From contig CABUGH010000001.1 in NCBI GenBank assembly GCA_902491155.1, positions 28,177 through 92,176 of the forward strand: a DNA stretch of 64,000 nt, in the 5' to 3' direction. This document shows, piece after piece, positions 11,292 through 21,211 of the stretch. The DNA is from an uncultured Clostridium sp. (lineage in GTDB: Bacteria > Bacillota > Clostridia > TANB77 > CAG-508). How positions within the stretch are numbered: position 1 is the first letter of the stretch; each line of letters starts with the position of its first letter. A program made the translations under genes and the position numbers. The notes below the pieces were generated by a model. That model saw nothing but the letters and a program-made list of their open reading frames with translations, was not told where the DNA came from and did not search any database.

Positions 11292-12446
11292 TTAAACATA
11301 TTTTACATCATCATTCACAAAATCTTCTAAGACAAGTTTTATAACTGCTGCAACTGGAACAGCTAAAAACATGCCAACCATTCCAAAATATGCTCCACCA
11401 ACAGTAACAGAAAAAATAACTAACAATGGACTAATTTCTAAAGAATTTCCAATAATACGTGGATTAATAATATTCGCATCTATTTGTTGTAAAATAATTA
11501 CAACAATTGCCATAATCAAAGCTTGAAGCCAACCACCAGTAATAAAAGTAATTAAAATTGCAATTGCAACTGCAACAATAGCTCCAATATATGGAATCAA
11601 ATTAAATAATCCTATCATAAAACCTAACAAAGGTGCATATTTAACACCAATTATACTCATAGCAATAGTTGTTAAAATCCCAACAATAAATGCATCAATT
11701 ACCTGACTTCCAACAAACTTAAAAAACATTTCATTTGCTTGTCCAAAATATTTATTAATATGCTCATAAGTTTTTTTATTAAACACTCTTTTTGCTAATT
11801 TATCAAAAAATCTCATTATATCAGAGCGCTGTAACAAAACATAAACAGAAACAACTATTGATACAAAAATATCAAAAATAGAATAAAAAACATTCAATAT
11901 ATTTTGCAAATATTGTAATACTTTATCATAATTCAAGCTTAATACCTGTTGAATATCTATATTTTTTACATTTTCTATAATTGATTTTGCAGCATCACTT
12001 TTAAAAATCGAATCCTCTGGCAAATCATTTAATTGATTAATAATACTTTCATAATAAGATGGTATTCCAATAAATAATTCCATAATACTATCTTTTAAAA
12101 TAGGAAAAATAAAATTAATAATAATTATAAGTATTAAAAACACTATCACATATGTAGTAAATACGCTTAAACCTCTTGCATGCTTAGAAAAAATTTTAAC
12201 TTTTGAACTTTTAAATGTTTTTTCAATTTTCCTACATGGTAACATCAAAATATATGCTATAAAAATGCCTACTAAAAAAGGTTTTAATACTTTAAGTAAT
12301 ACTCCAAACCATTCTTGAACATTTCCAAAATTATCAAATATTTTATAAACAATAATCACACAAACAGCTAATATAAAATAAGATAACCACCTTTTTGCAC
12401 TTAATTTTTTTACTTCTCTCTTTTCTTCTTTAATATTATTTATCAT
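11292..12446 (-). CDS. AI-2E family transporter (PerM/UPF0118 permease)
   Basis: The 384-aa polytopic membrane protein has the length and topology of this family and a conserved C-terminal region (GGAYFGMVGMFLAVPVAA). Confidence 0.75.
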   Translation of the reverse strand: MINNIKEEKREVKKLSAKRWLSYFILAVCVIIVYKIFDNFGNVQEWFGVLLKVLKPFLVGIFIAYILMLPCRKIEKTFKSSKVKIFSKHARGLSVFTTYVIVFLILIIIINFIFPILKDSIMELFIGIPSYYESIINQLNDLPEDSIFKSDAAKSIIENVKNIDIQQVLSLNYDKVLQYLQNILNVFYSIFDIFVSIVVSVYVLLQRSDIMRFFDKLAKRVFNKKTYEHINKYFGQANEMFFKFVGSQVIDAFIVGILTTIAMSIIGVKYAPLLGFMIGLFNLIPYIGAIVAVAIAILITFITGGWLQALIMAIVVIILQQIDANIINPRIIGNSLEISPLLVIFSVTVGGAYFGMVGMFLAVPVAAVIKLVLEDFVNDDVKYV

Positions 12447-12496
12447 AAATATTCAATTCCTTCCCTGGTGTTTTTTGAGTCCTGCCCCAAAAACAC

Positions 12497-13261
12497 TTAT
12501 AAATCAATTTCTAATTCAATCGGACAATGGTCACTACCAAAAACCTCTGAATATATTGCAGCATCCTGTATTTTATCTTTTAGACTATCCGATACTATAA
12601 AATAATCAATTCTCCAACCTACATTTTTCTCTCTAGCTCTTCCCATATATGACCACCAGCTATAACTATCTGTTTTATCTGGATACAAATATCTAAAAGT
12701 ATCTATAAATCCTGCATTTAAAAGTTCTGTCATTTTTTCTCTTTCTTCATCTGTAAAGCCTGCATTTCCCCTATTTGATTTTGGATTTTTTAAATCTATT
12801 TCCATATGTGCTACATTTAAATCCCCACACATTATTACAGGTTTTTTTGCATTTAATTTCAATAAATATTTTCTAATTTCATCTTCCCATACTTGCCTAT
12901 ATTCTAGTCTTTCTAATTCTCTCTTTGAATTTGGAGTATAAATTGTTACCATATAAAACTCATCAAATTCAAGTGTAATAACTCTTCCTTCTTTATCATG
13001 TTCATCTATACCTATCCCATAAGAAACACTTAAAGGTACTTTTTTAGTATAAATTGCCGTACCAGAATAGCCTTTTTTCTCTGCACTATTATAATATGAT
13101 TTATATCCATCAAACTCTAATTCTATCTGATCTGGTTGACATTTTGTTTCTTGTATACAAAATATATCAGCATTAGTTTCTTTAAAAAATTCTTTAAAAC
13201 CTTTGTTTACACATGCTCTTATTCCATTTACATTCCAAGATATAAGTTTCATTTTTACCAC
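12497..13261 (-). CDS. xth: Exodeoxyribonuclease III
   Basis: MKLISWNVNGIRA, QETK and the C-terminal SDHCP motif are the ExoIII/AP-endonuclease family signature. The likely true start is MKLISW, 9 nt inside the ORF-track start. Confidence 0.92.
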   Translation of the reverse strand: MVKMKLISWNVNGIRACVNKGFKEFFKETNADIFCIQETKCQPDQIELEFDGYKSYYNSAEKKGYSGTAIYTKKVPLSVSYGIGIDEHDKEGRVITLEFDEFYMVTIYTPNSKRELERLEYRQVWEDEIRKYLLKLNAKKPVIMCGDLNVAHMEIDLKNPKSNRGNAGFTDEEREKMTELLNAGFIDTFRYLYPDKTDSYSWWSYMGRAREKNVGWRIDYFIVSDSLKDKIQDAAIYSEVFGSDHCPIELEIDL

Positions 13262-13356
13262 TATCCTTTTTATTGTTCTTTTATCTTTATAACACGATTA
13301 TTAATAAAAGTCAACAAAAAAATCAAGTGCTATAACTTGATTTTTTTTATTAACTA

Positions 13357-14385
13357 TTAAAAATATACATTTCCACCAATATAAACACCTACATGTGTTC
13401 CTGCTGATCTAAAAGATAAATAATTATGGTTTCTTTTACCATTCAAAGCATCAACAACTGCTTGCTTAACATAAGAAGGATAATTTCCATTTAATTTTCT
13501 TTTCCAATTACTATCTATAGAATAACAAAATTGTCCTTTAGCTTTATACTGACTTAATGGATCTGAACCATTTTTTCTCCATTTACCACTTTCTGCTCTA
13601 TTGCAAGCTGCAGTTATTACTGCAAGAGAACCTGCATAGCTTGAACCAGATTCTTGTGCTGTTATAGCACATAATAAATCTAAATCACTTGCAGAATATG
13701 TCCATTTTCCTCCAGAATATGATGTTGTACTTGTTGATGATCCAGTTTTTTTCCTTGAAACTGTTGATCCTCTTGAAGTAACAACCTTTTTATTAACTTG
13801 AACTATTTTATTAACTGGTTCCTTAATTATATTTTCTGATAATTGTGTTTTTTCAATTTCTACATCATTTTGATATTTCACTTTATAAGTTACTTCCTTT
13901 AAGCCCTCTTGACCTTCTTGCAATATTTTATTTTGAACATTATTATCTGTACCTGCCGTATTTTTAGTAATAGTTTCAAAAGGTATTACCTCTTGTTCTA
14001 CAACTATCTTTTCTGTTATTGGTGCATAATTTTGCATTAATTCATCTAAAGATGTTTTTACACCTTGTTCAGAAACTTCTGCAATTTTAACCTCATTATA
14101 AGATTTATCTGTAATTTTTATAACCATTCCTTCTGTAACTTTTTCCTCAACATCTGGAACTGTCTTTTGTGTATCATCCAAAATAATATTATTTTCTGCC
14201 AATACATCAGAAACCTTATCCTTTGCTGTTATTGTAGTTAATTCATATCCATTTTGTAATACAATTTTAACATCAGTCATATTTTTGTTAACTGCCAAAA
14301 CACCAATACCTGATATTAATACTAAGATAATGCTAACACATATAATTTTAACAATCGAAAGTGAAGCGTTTTCTTTGTTTTTCAT
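13357..14385 (-). CDS. Membrane-anchored cell-wall hydrolase (SleB/CwlJ-like C-terminal domain, G5/DUF348-like middle region)
   Basis: An N-terminal signal anchor is followed by a Ser/Thr linker. The C-terminal region DLDLLCAITAQESG...AVITAACNRAESGKW resembles the SleB-type hydrolase fold. A perfect AAAGGAGG RBS precedes the start. Confidence 0.5.
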   Translation of the reverse strand: MKNKENASLSIVKIICVSIILVLISGIGVLAVNKNMTDVKIVLQNGYELTTITAKDKVSDVLAENNIILDDTQKTVPDVEEKVTEGMVIKITDKSYNEVKIAEVSEQGVKTSLDELMQNYAPITEKIVVEQEVIPFETITKNTAGTDNNVQNKILQEGQEGLKEVTYKVKYQNDVEIEKTQLSENIIKEPVNKIVQVNKKVVTSRGSTVSRKKTGSSTSTTSYSGGKWTYSASDLDLLCAITAQESGSSYAGSLAVITAACNRAESGKWRKNGSDPLSQYKAKGQFCYSIDSNWKRKLNGNYPSYVKQAVVDALNGKRNHNYLSFRSAGTHVGVYIGGNVYF

Positions 14386-14529
14386 TTTTTCTTACCTCCT
14401 TTGGCAATACTTCTCTATTATACCACCAACAAGCTTTTTTGTCAAATTTTAGCAAGTCCATAAAAGCCTTATAGCAAGCCTTTTCCAGTATTAGTATATG
14501 CTTAAAATTGTATAAATATAACCACTTTT

Positions 14530-15324
14530 TCATATTTTTAAAATTTTTTTTGCATTTTCAAAAGTAATATTAGCAACATCTTGTACAGAAATCCCTTTTG
14601 CATCCGCTATTTTCTGGGCTATATATTTTACATTTCTTGGATCGTTTCTGGTACCACGTACTGGTTCTGGAGCCAAATATGGGCTATCAGTTTCTATTAA
14701 AATCCTATTATTTGGAACCAATTTAATAATTTCCTCAGCATTTTTAGAACTTTTAAACGTAATAGGTCCTGCAAAAGATATATAAAACCCAAATTTCAAA
14801 GCTTCTTTTATAAGTTCTCTATTTTGTGGACAACAATGAAAAATCCCATTCTCTTTAACAGGATTGGCTTTTAATATTTCTAAAGTATCCATTATTGCAT
14901 CTCTTGTATGAATAACAATTGGTAACTGTAACTTATTAGCTAATTCAATTTGTATTATAAACGCTTTTCTCTGAAGATTTCTTCTTTCATCATCTTTTTC
15001 CCAATAATAATCAAGTCCTATTTCACCTATAGCAACTATCTTTTTTGAATCTTTATTGCTTTTAACTATTGATTCTATTTCTAAAATCTCTTTCCACAAG
15101 TTTTCCTCATCCTGTGGAATATCATTTGGTGAAATACCACAAGTAGCATATATAAAATTATACTGATTTGCTATCTTCACTGCTTTTTTAGAAGCTTCTA
15201 AACTGTATCCTGCTGTCACAAAACAAGCAATATCACTATTTTCTATTTCAGAAATCACTTTTTTTCTATCAACATCAAATTTTTCATCATCTAAATGTGC
15301 ATGACTATCAAAAAATTTTAACAT
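14530..15324 (-). CDS. tatD: TatD family metal-dependent DNase/hydrolase
   Basis: The ORF begins FFDSHAHLDDEKF, the HxH motif at the very N-terminus, and the downstream His/Asp/Glu metal ligands of the TatD/YabD family are present. It is 264 aa. Confidence 0.9.
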   Translation of the reverse strand: MLKFFDSHAHLDDEKFDVDRKKVISEIENSDIACFVTAGYSLEASKKAVKIANQYNFIYATCGISPNDIPQDEENLWKEILEIESIVKSNKDSKKIVAIGEIGLDYYWEKDDERRNLQRKAFIIQIELANKLQLPIVIHTRDAIMDTLEILKANPVKENGIFHCCPQNRELIKEALKFGFYISFAGPITFKSSKNAEEIIKLVPNNRILIETDSPYLAPEPVRGTRNDPRNVKYIAQKIADAKGISVQDVANITFENAKKILKI

Positions 15325-15339
15325 ATGTATTCTCCTTAA

Positions 15340-15723
15340 CTATTTTTGCAAAACCACCACATAAGCTACTGCATATTCCCTACAATGTGAAATACTAATA
15401 TCAATACTCTCAAAAATATCATCATTTATACCATATAAATGTATATGTGGTTTTCCCTGTAAATCATTCTCTATTTCTATATCTTTCCATGTTATTGAAT
15501 ATTTATCAGTCAAATTTATAGAAATTGCCTTAAAAACCGCTTCTTTAGCTGCAAACCTAGCAGCATAATGTTGATATTTTTGTTTTTTCTTAGATTCACA
15601 ATAATCAATTTCATTTTCTGTAAAAACTCTATTCAAAAAACAGTCTCCTTTACTTTCTAAAGCATCTTTTATTCTTCCAATTTCTATTATATCTGTACCA
15701 CAACTAATCTTCATATTCTTCAT
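15340..15723 (-). CDS. acpS: Holo-[acyl-carrier-protein] synthase
   Basis: The 127-aa ORF carries the GTDIIEIGRI motif of 4'-phosphopantetheinyl transferase (AcpS). Confidence 0.9.
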   Translation of the reverse strand: MKNMKISCGTDIIEIGRIKDALESKGDCFLNRVFTENEIDYCESKKKQKYQHYAARFAAKEAVFKAISINLTDKYSITWKDIEIENDLQGKPHIHLYGINDDIFESIDISISHCREYAVAYVVVLQK

Positions 15724-15729
15724 CCCTTA

Positions 15730-16956
15730 TCAAAACATATTAAAATAATTTAACATATTAAAAATTAAAGTTAAAATTAAAATTCCTACTAAAAATAACA
15801 TAATTTTCGAATTTCTTTCAACCCTCATATTCTTATACATAACATCATATTGATTTTTTACATCTACATACAATCTATCAATATCTATTTTTTTAGCAAT
15901 TTCCAAGTTTATCCATGACCCAACTTCCTCATCAGTAACTTCTTGAATCCAAAGCCTTTTAGTAAAATCAACAAACTTCCTACAACCTTTTGTTACATCT
16001 TGAGTTTTTGTAAATTCAAAATTTATCTTTTTTAAATATATCTTTTTATATAAATTTAACAAATATGTATATAAATAAACTCCTTCGAATTCATCTGGTA
16101 AAATAGTATAATTATACATGTCAGCATCTGAAGCAAATAAAGTAACACCATGTTTTGAAACACTAAGCTTTGCATATTTCCATTTTGAAAATGTAACTGC
16201 ATTATTATCTTTTTCATAATCAACACTATTATCTGCAGGCAAAAAATTCGAAAATTTAATAAAATTATTTTCAACATTCTCAAAAGAACTATTCATTCCC
16301 CAGCTTTGTTGATCTATACACACATATGAATAACTTAAAAAACGTTCTGTATCTAAGTCTAATTTTATAGATTCAACCTTTGAACCAGTTATATCTTCTA
16401 TTAAGTCTGTTAATTTGCTTATATCAGAAAAAGTATCCATTTGCAAATGAATATTTTGATATGTTCCTATACACTCATCCTTTTTTTGAATATCACGAAA
16501 TCGATAATTAAAATTCAATACATCAAAAAACTCATCTATATTATCCAAATTAGTTTTCATCAGCAAAAAACATATGCCTGTATTAAAACATACTATTTCC
16601 AATTTTCTAATTTTAAAAAATATACAATTCTCATCTGTTTTACCATGTACATCTCTTGGCAAGTCATATTCAAAAATAGTACATGGGTACCCTGCCAAAA
16701 TTGCTGCTCTAGTTTCATTTGGTAATTCTTCTAACTTTTTTCTTTTATTTTCAGAAAAGCCAAAACTAGAAAATAAAAATTCCTGCATCTTTGGTAAAAA
16801 ATACTTATATAATCTTAAATCACTTTCTTTTCTAAATATCCTTAACCTAATATTTTTATTTTTTAATAATTTTAACAAATATTTTTGATATTTATTTTCC
16901 TTTATAACAAAAGGATGTATAAAATACGAATATTGATATTTTATCTTTTGTCCCAT
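15730..16956 (-). CDS. Hypothetical protein with a C-terminal transmembrane anchor
   Basis: The 408-aa ORF matches no family I recognise. It has a single C-terminal TM (LFLVGILILTLIF) and appears translationally coupled to acpS, 7 nt away. Confidence 0.5.
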   Translation of the reverse strand: MGQKIKYQYSYFIHPFVIKENKYQKYLLKLLKNKNIRLRIFRKESDLRLYKYFLPKMQEFLFSSFGFSENKRKKLEELPNETRAAILAGYPCTIFEYDLPRDVHGKTDENCIFFKIRKLEIVCFNTGICFLLMKTNLDNIDEFFDVLNFNYRFRDIQKKDECIGTYQNIHLQMDTFSDISKLTDLIEDITGSKVESIKLDLDTERFLSYSYVCIDQQSWGMNSSFENVENNFIKFSNFLPADNSVDYEKDNNAVTFSKWKYAKLSVSKHGVTLFASDADMYNYTILPDEFEGVYLYTYLLNLYKKIYLKKINFEFTKTQDVTKGCRKFVDFTKRLWIQEVTDEEVGSWINLEIAKKIDIDRLYVDVKNQYDVMYKNMRVERNSKIMLFLVGILILTLIFNMLNYFNMF

Positions 16957-17000
16957 CTATTATCACCTTTTTTAAACCTTTCCTTATCATATTAATTATT

Positions 17001-18548
17001 CTATAATTGATTATAATAATTCATATTTAAATCTTCACCTATGTGCCATCTTCCTATAAAATTTACAAGTAAATAATTATCTAAATTATATATTGGTTCT
17101 TGTACAATTTTTCCATTTGCATCAATTGATCCCCATTTTCCATCTTTTTTTACTCCAGCAAAACCGTAATCATTTTGATCTGTAGCATCATCATACTGAT
17201 AATCTACAACGACATTTCCATCTTTATCAACAAAACCATATTTACCATTTTGTTTTCTTAAAAATAAAGTATGATTTGCAAAAATTTCTGTATCATGTTT
17301 TTCCTCAAATTTAAAATTATAATATGAAACATTTTCTTGATTTTTTATTTTTATATATCCTTCTTCATTATTAAAAGCAAGTAACATACCCGATAATTTC
17401 ACATTAAATGTATCATCTATTATATCTGATTCAAAATTTTCTTTCTCAGCTATGTACATATCTGATGCTTCTTGATATGTAATATTAGTATACTTAGCTG
17501 AAACCTTTTCATTATTATCTACATCTATAATTCCATATTTTCCATTTTTCTTAAAAATAAATATTCCAGATTTAGCCTCTTGCAATTCATCATAATTAAA
17601 TTCTATTACCTTTTCTCCTTTTAAATTTATAACTCCATATTTTTTCCCTTTTTTAACTATAACACCTGCATCTTTTGTTTTTAAAATACTTGTTATTTCA
17701 TCATAATTCTGGTTCGAACTTAAAACTTCCTTTCCATCTTTTCCAACTAGAATCTGTTTTTCTAATTTTGTAACAACATACAAATCATTTCCATATACTT
17801 GATTTACCTTATCATATTCACATTGTAAAATTACATTGTCAGAATAATCTACAATTCCATATTTTTGATTATCATCTTCCACAATATATCCTGATTTATT
17901 GTCTTTTCCCAACTGTGCTATCTCTAAATATTGAGGTTTTATCACAATTTTACCCTCATTATTTGCTATTCCATATTTTCCATCCTTTTTTATTTTTAAT
18001 GCATTTTTTATTCCTAATATTGATTCTATATTATCATACTCTACTGGTAAAATTTCTTTTCCTTTAAAATTAACAAGTCCATATTTCCCGTCCTTCTGCA
18101 CTTTTAAAACATCTGCTTCATACCACAAAGAACCTTCATCTTTGTTTGCAATTGCCTCAATTTTATCATATCCTGTTAATATTTCTTCATTTTTACTATT
18201 TAATACCTTTGTTTTATATCCACCTGTTGCATAATCTACATCATAAGTACATAAAAACACATCTTCTTTTTCGTCTGGTATTATTATCATTTCTTGATAT
18301 ACTAAGTCTATAACCGTATTACCATCTGAATCTATTACTCCCCATTTTCCATCTTTAAAAGCTGAAAAATATTTTTTAACAGAAATATTAGTACTTGTAT
18401 TATCTTTATTATTAAAAGCACCTTTTATTACTAGAATAAACATAATTATTACAATAAATGCAACTAATACTGCAAAAACTTTTTTCATATTTAACTTTGG
18501 TTCTTCATCATATCTTCTTCCTTTAGTTCTGCCTCTACTTCTACTCAT
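17001..18548 (-). CDS. WG-repeat (WG_beta_rep) membrane-anchored protein
   Basis: An N-terminal basic segment and TM are followed by at least 8 tandem ~40-aa repeats of the KDGK[WY]G(V/L/I)...G pattern. Confidence 0.7.
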   Translation of the reverse strand: MSRSRGRTKGRRYDEEPKLNMKKVFAVLVAFIVIIMFILVIKGAFNNKDNTSTNISVKKYFSAFKDGKWGVIDSDGNTVIDLVYQEMIIIPDEKEDVFLCTYDVDYATGGYKTKVLNSKNEEILTGYDKIEAIANKDEGSLWYEADVLKVQKDGKYGLVNFKGKEILPVEYDNIESILGIKNALKIKKDGKYGIANNEGKIVIKPQYLEIAQLGKDNKSGYIVEDDNQKYGIVDYSDNVILQCEYDKVNQVYGNDLYVVTKLEKQILVGKDGKEVLSSNQNYDEITSILKTKDAGVIVKKGKKYGVINLKGEKVIEFNYDELQEAKSGIFIFKKNGKYGIIDVDNNEKVSAKYTNITYQEASDMYIAEKENFESDIIDDTFNVKLSGMLLAFNNEEGYIKIKNQENVSYYNFKFEEKHDTEIFANHTLFLRKQNGKYGFVDKDGNVVVDYQYDDATDQNDYGFAGVKKDGKWGSIDANGKIVQEPIYNLDNYLLVNFIGRWHIGEDLNMNYYNQL

Positions 18549-18562
18549 AATTGCCTCCTATT

Positions 18563-20995
18563 TTATTTTTTCAAAAATCTACATACTAATACAGTCATAT
18601 CATCTTTTGCAAAGCCATAATTATTATCAACTGCTTCATTTAACACTAAATCTGCAATTTTTTTGGTATTAGTAGTTTCAATATCCTCTAAAATATATCT
18701 TAACCATAACTCTTTATTTTTATATTCTACATTAGAATCCAAAACACCATCTGTGCACATTAACATTATTTCATTACTATCTATATCTCTATCATATACT
18801 TGTAAATTTGCATTTGGTACAATTCCAACTGGTAAAGAATTTGCCTTTAATATCTGAACTTTGTCACCTTTTTTTATATATGTAGGACATGCTCCACTTT
18901 TTATAAATTCTATATTACCCTTATACAAATCAATAATTGCAATATCAAGTGTAGCAAAAGCCTCCTTATTTTGATTAATTAAACTAGTGTTTATTAATTC
19001 CAAAGACTTTTCTTTTTGAAAACCCGCAAGTAAAAGATTCTCTAACATTTTCAAAGATTTACTACTACTTTCTTTGGCATTATGTCCTGAACCCATACCA
19101 TCACTAATTGCTAATAAATATTTTCCATCTTTAAGTCTTATATTTAAAACACTATCCCCTGAAATATCACTTTTATTTTTTATTGCATCTGCTGTTCCTA
19201 CTGCCATTACATATTTATCATCTGATAAAAAATTAAGTTTATTGCCCAAACAATTTTCATCATTTAAAACAATTTTTTCATTTAATACTTCAGTAAGTAT
19301 TTTTTCTATAACATCTATTTTAGCCTTTTGCATAGCTTCTACATACATATCTATTAAAAATCTGTCTTGCTTTTTTATTGAAATTTCTTGTATACCAATT
19401 TCTTTTTGTTTCAGCAATTCTAAAATTTGTAGCTTTTCTTTTTCATATTTTTCTTCAATATATACATCTTTTTCAATATCTTTTGCCAAACTAGAAATCG
19501 CCTTTGATACACCACTTAATTGCTCTTTTATATTTTTTTTGTTTTCAGACATTTTTTTCTGCCATACAAAACTAGATTTACTAATTTTATAAGACATATT
19601 TACAACTCGCACCATTTGCTCAATATTTTCTTCCAAGAAATCACTTATTTCTCTGTCATCAAATCCTATTATATAACTATTGCAATCAGCAAAAATTTTT
19701 AGCAAATCCTCTCTTTTTATTTCCTGTTTGTCTATTAATACATTAAATATTTCATCATCAATTTTACCATCCGCATTTTTCAAATCATCATAAAGCATGT
19801 TATTTTCATAACCTTGTAAATTATCTAACAATTCATTAAGAAAAATTTGTTTGTTTTCAATTTCTTTTTGTTGAGGAGTTACATCATCCGTATAAATTTT
19901 TGCCATTTGCTCTATTGTTTCAGAAACATTATTCAATTTTTCTGCTGTTTCCTTAGTCTGACTTAATGCACGACTTGGGACATTTGGCAAAAACTTAGAA
20001 TTATCCATAAATTCTTCAATATCTATTTTTATTGATTTTGGAACAGCAAGTAAACCAATAGATGCTATTAAAATTTCCTTAAAATATATTAGTTCTACTG
20101 TATACCCATTAGATACATATGCAAGTACCACATTTCCTAAACAAAAACCAATAATTACTCCAATCTTTCCAAATCTATTTAAAATTCCAGCACACATACC
20201 AGAAATAGCATAAGCTGCAACCATAAGTGGTTCTGCATTTGTTATTACTCCTAATGTTACCCCAATTGTAACACCCGCTGTTGCTCCTACTAAGATTCCA
20301 TTTTTCCAGCCTAATATAAGGACTATTAATATACTTAAAATATTTCTAATTGAAAATCCATATACATTTAAGTCCCCAAAACATGTAATACTAATAGCCA
20401 ATAATAAACTTGCTCCCATTATTTCTTCTATTGAATAAGCATGTCTTTCTCCTAATCCCTGAAATACAATAATAGAATTCACAAATATTTTATAAAATAC
20501 AACCGATATTACTGAAAATGATATAATTGACAATATATCATATATAGTGAATCCTGAAAAGCCAACTTTTAAAAGTTGAATTACAAAAACTGAAATAAAA
20601 ACATTTTTTGATAAACGTATTTTTTCATTTCTTTCTTCTTCCTGATACATTGGTTTTATAATAAATGTAGAACCGACAAACACTAAAGAAATTATAAGAT
20701 ATGTTATAGCTCCTTCTATTCCAAATCCTATAGCATTTCCAATCAATCCTGCTAATACTACACCTAAAATTGGTACAGAATTTCCCATACAAGCTGCCAT
20801 CATACTAATACCAAATGCTGAAACTTGTCCTCCAGTTCCTACGCCTACCATTGATATCATAAATGACATTATATATAATGGTATATTCTGTATTGAAAAT
20901 ACATTTGCAAATACTCCTGCTCCTTTATGTTTTCCTCCTACATGTGCTTCTTTTATATTTTGAAACATCCTTACCACCTCTAAAACTTTTTTCAT
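18563..20995 (-). CDS. spoIIE: Stage II sporulation protein E (PP2C phosphatase)
   Basis: The 810-aa ORF has an N-terminal domain of about 10 TM helices, a central regulatory region, and a C-terminal PP2C domain (AISDGMGSGHNAKESS, MCTDGVLD). Confidence 0.9.
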   Translation of the reverse strand: MKKVLEVVRMFQNIKEAHVGGKHKGAGVFANVFSIQNIPLYIMSFMISMVGVGTGGQVSAFGISMMAACMGNSVPILGVVLAGLIGNAIGFGIEGAITYLIISLVFVGSTFIIKPMYQEEERNEKIRLSKNVFISVFVIQLLKVGFSGFTIYDILSIISFSVISVVFYKIFVNSIIVFQGLGERHAYSIEEIMGASLLLAISITCFGDLNVYGFSIRNILSILIVLILGWKNGILVGATAGVTIGVTLGVITNAEPLMVAAYAISGMCAGILNRFGKIGVIIGFCLGNVVLAYVSNGYTVELIYFKEILIASIGLLAVPKSIKIDIEEFMDNSKFLPNVPSRALSQTKETAEKLNNVSETIEQMAKIYTDDVTPQQKEIENKQIFLNELLDNLQGYENNMLYDDLKNADGKIDDEIFNVLIDKQEIKREDLLKIFADCNSYIIGFDDREISDFLEENIEQMVRVVNMSYKISKSSFVWQKKMSENKKNIKEQLSGVSKAISSLAKDIEKDVYIEEKYEKEKLQILELLKQKEIGIQEISIKKQDRFLIDMYVEAMQKAKIDVIEKILTEVLNEKIVLNDENCLGNKLNFLSDDKYVMAVGTADAIKNKSDISGDSVLNIRLKDGKYLLAISDGMGSGHNAKESSSKSLKMLENLLLAGFQKEKSLELINTSLINQNKEAFATLDIAIIDLYKGNIEFIKSGACPTYIKKGDKVQILKANSLPVGIVPNANLQVYDRDIDSNEIMLMCTDGVLDSNVEYKNKELWLRYILEDIETTNTKKIADLVLNEAVDNNYGFAKDDMTVLVCRFLKK

Positions 20996-21162
20996 GCCTA
21001 TTTTACAACTTGTCTTATGTATTTTTTGTCTTTTTTAGTAACCTATTTCAAAAAAGTTTTTTACAAAAAGCGATGATACCTTTTATATTTTTTTATCTTT
21101 TATTCTTTTTCTACTTTTTACTTTTTTATTTTATTATATATTTAGCAAAAAAGCAAGATTTT

Positions 21163-21195
21163 TGTATCAAAAAAGAGACTTTACAGTCTCTTTTT
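21163..21195. terminator. Bidirectional terminator (AAAAAAGAGACT-ttaca-AGTCTCTTTTTT)
   Basis: A perfect 12-bp stem is flanked by an A-run and a T-run, directly downstream of the giant-protein operon. Confidence 0.7.
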
Positions 21196-21211
21196 TGATT
21201 ACACTATTCTA

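Noticed and set aside
14348-14533. 61-aa ORF between tatD and the hydrolase gene, overlapping the hydrolase start by 38 nt
   Set aside because: It overlaps a gene that has a perfect RBS at 14385 and has no recognisable features, so it is probably spurious.
19074-19702. Plus-strand ORFs antisense to spoIIE
   Set aside because: They are shadow ORFs.
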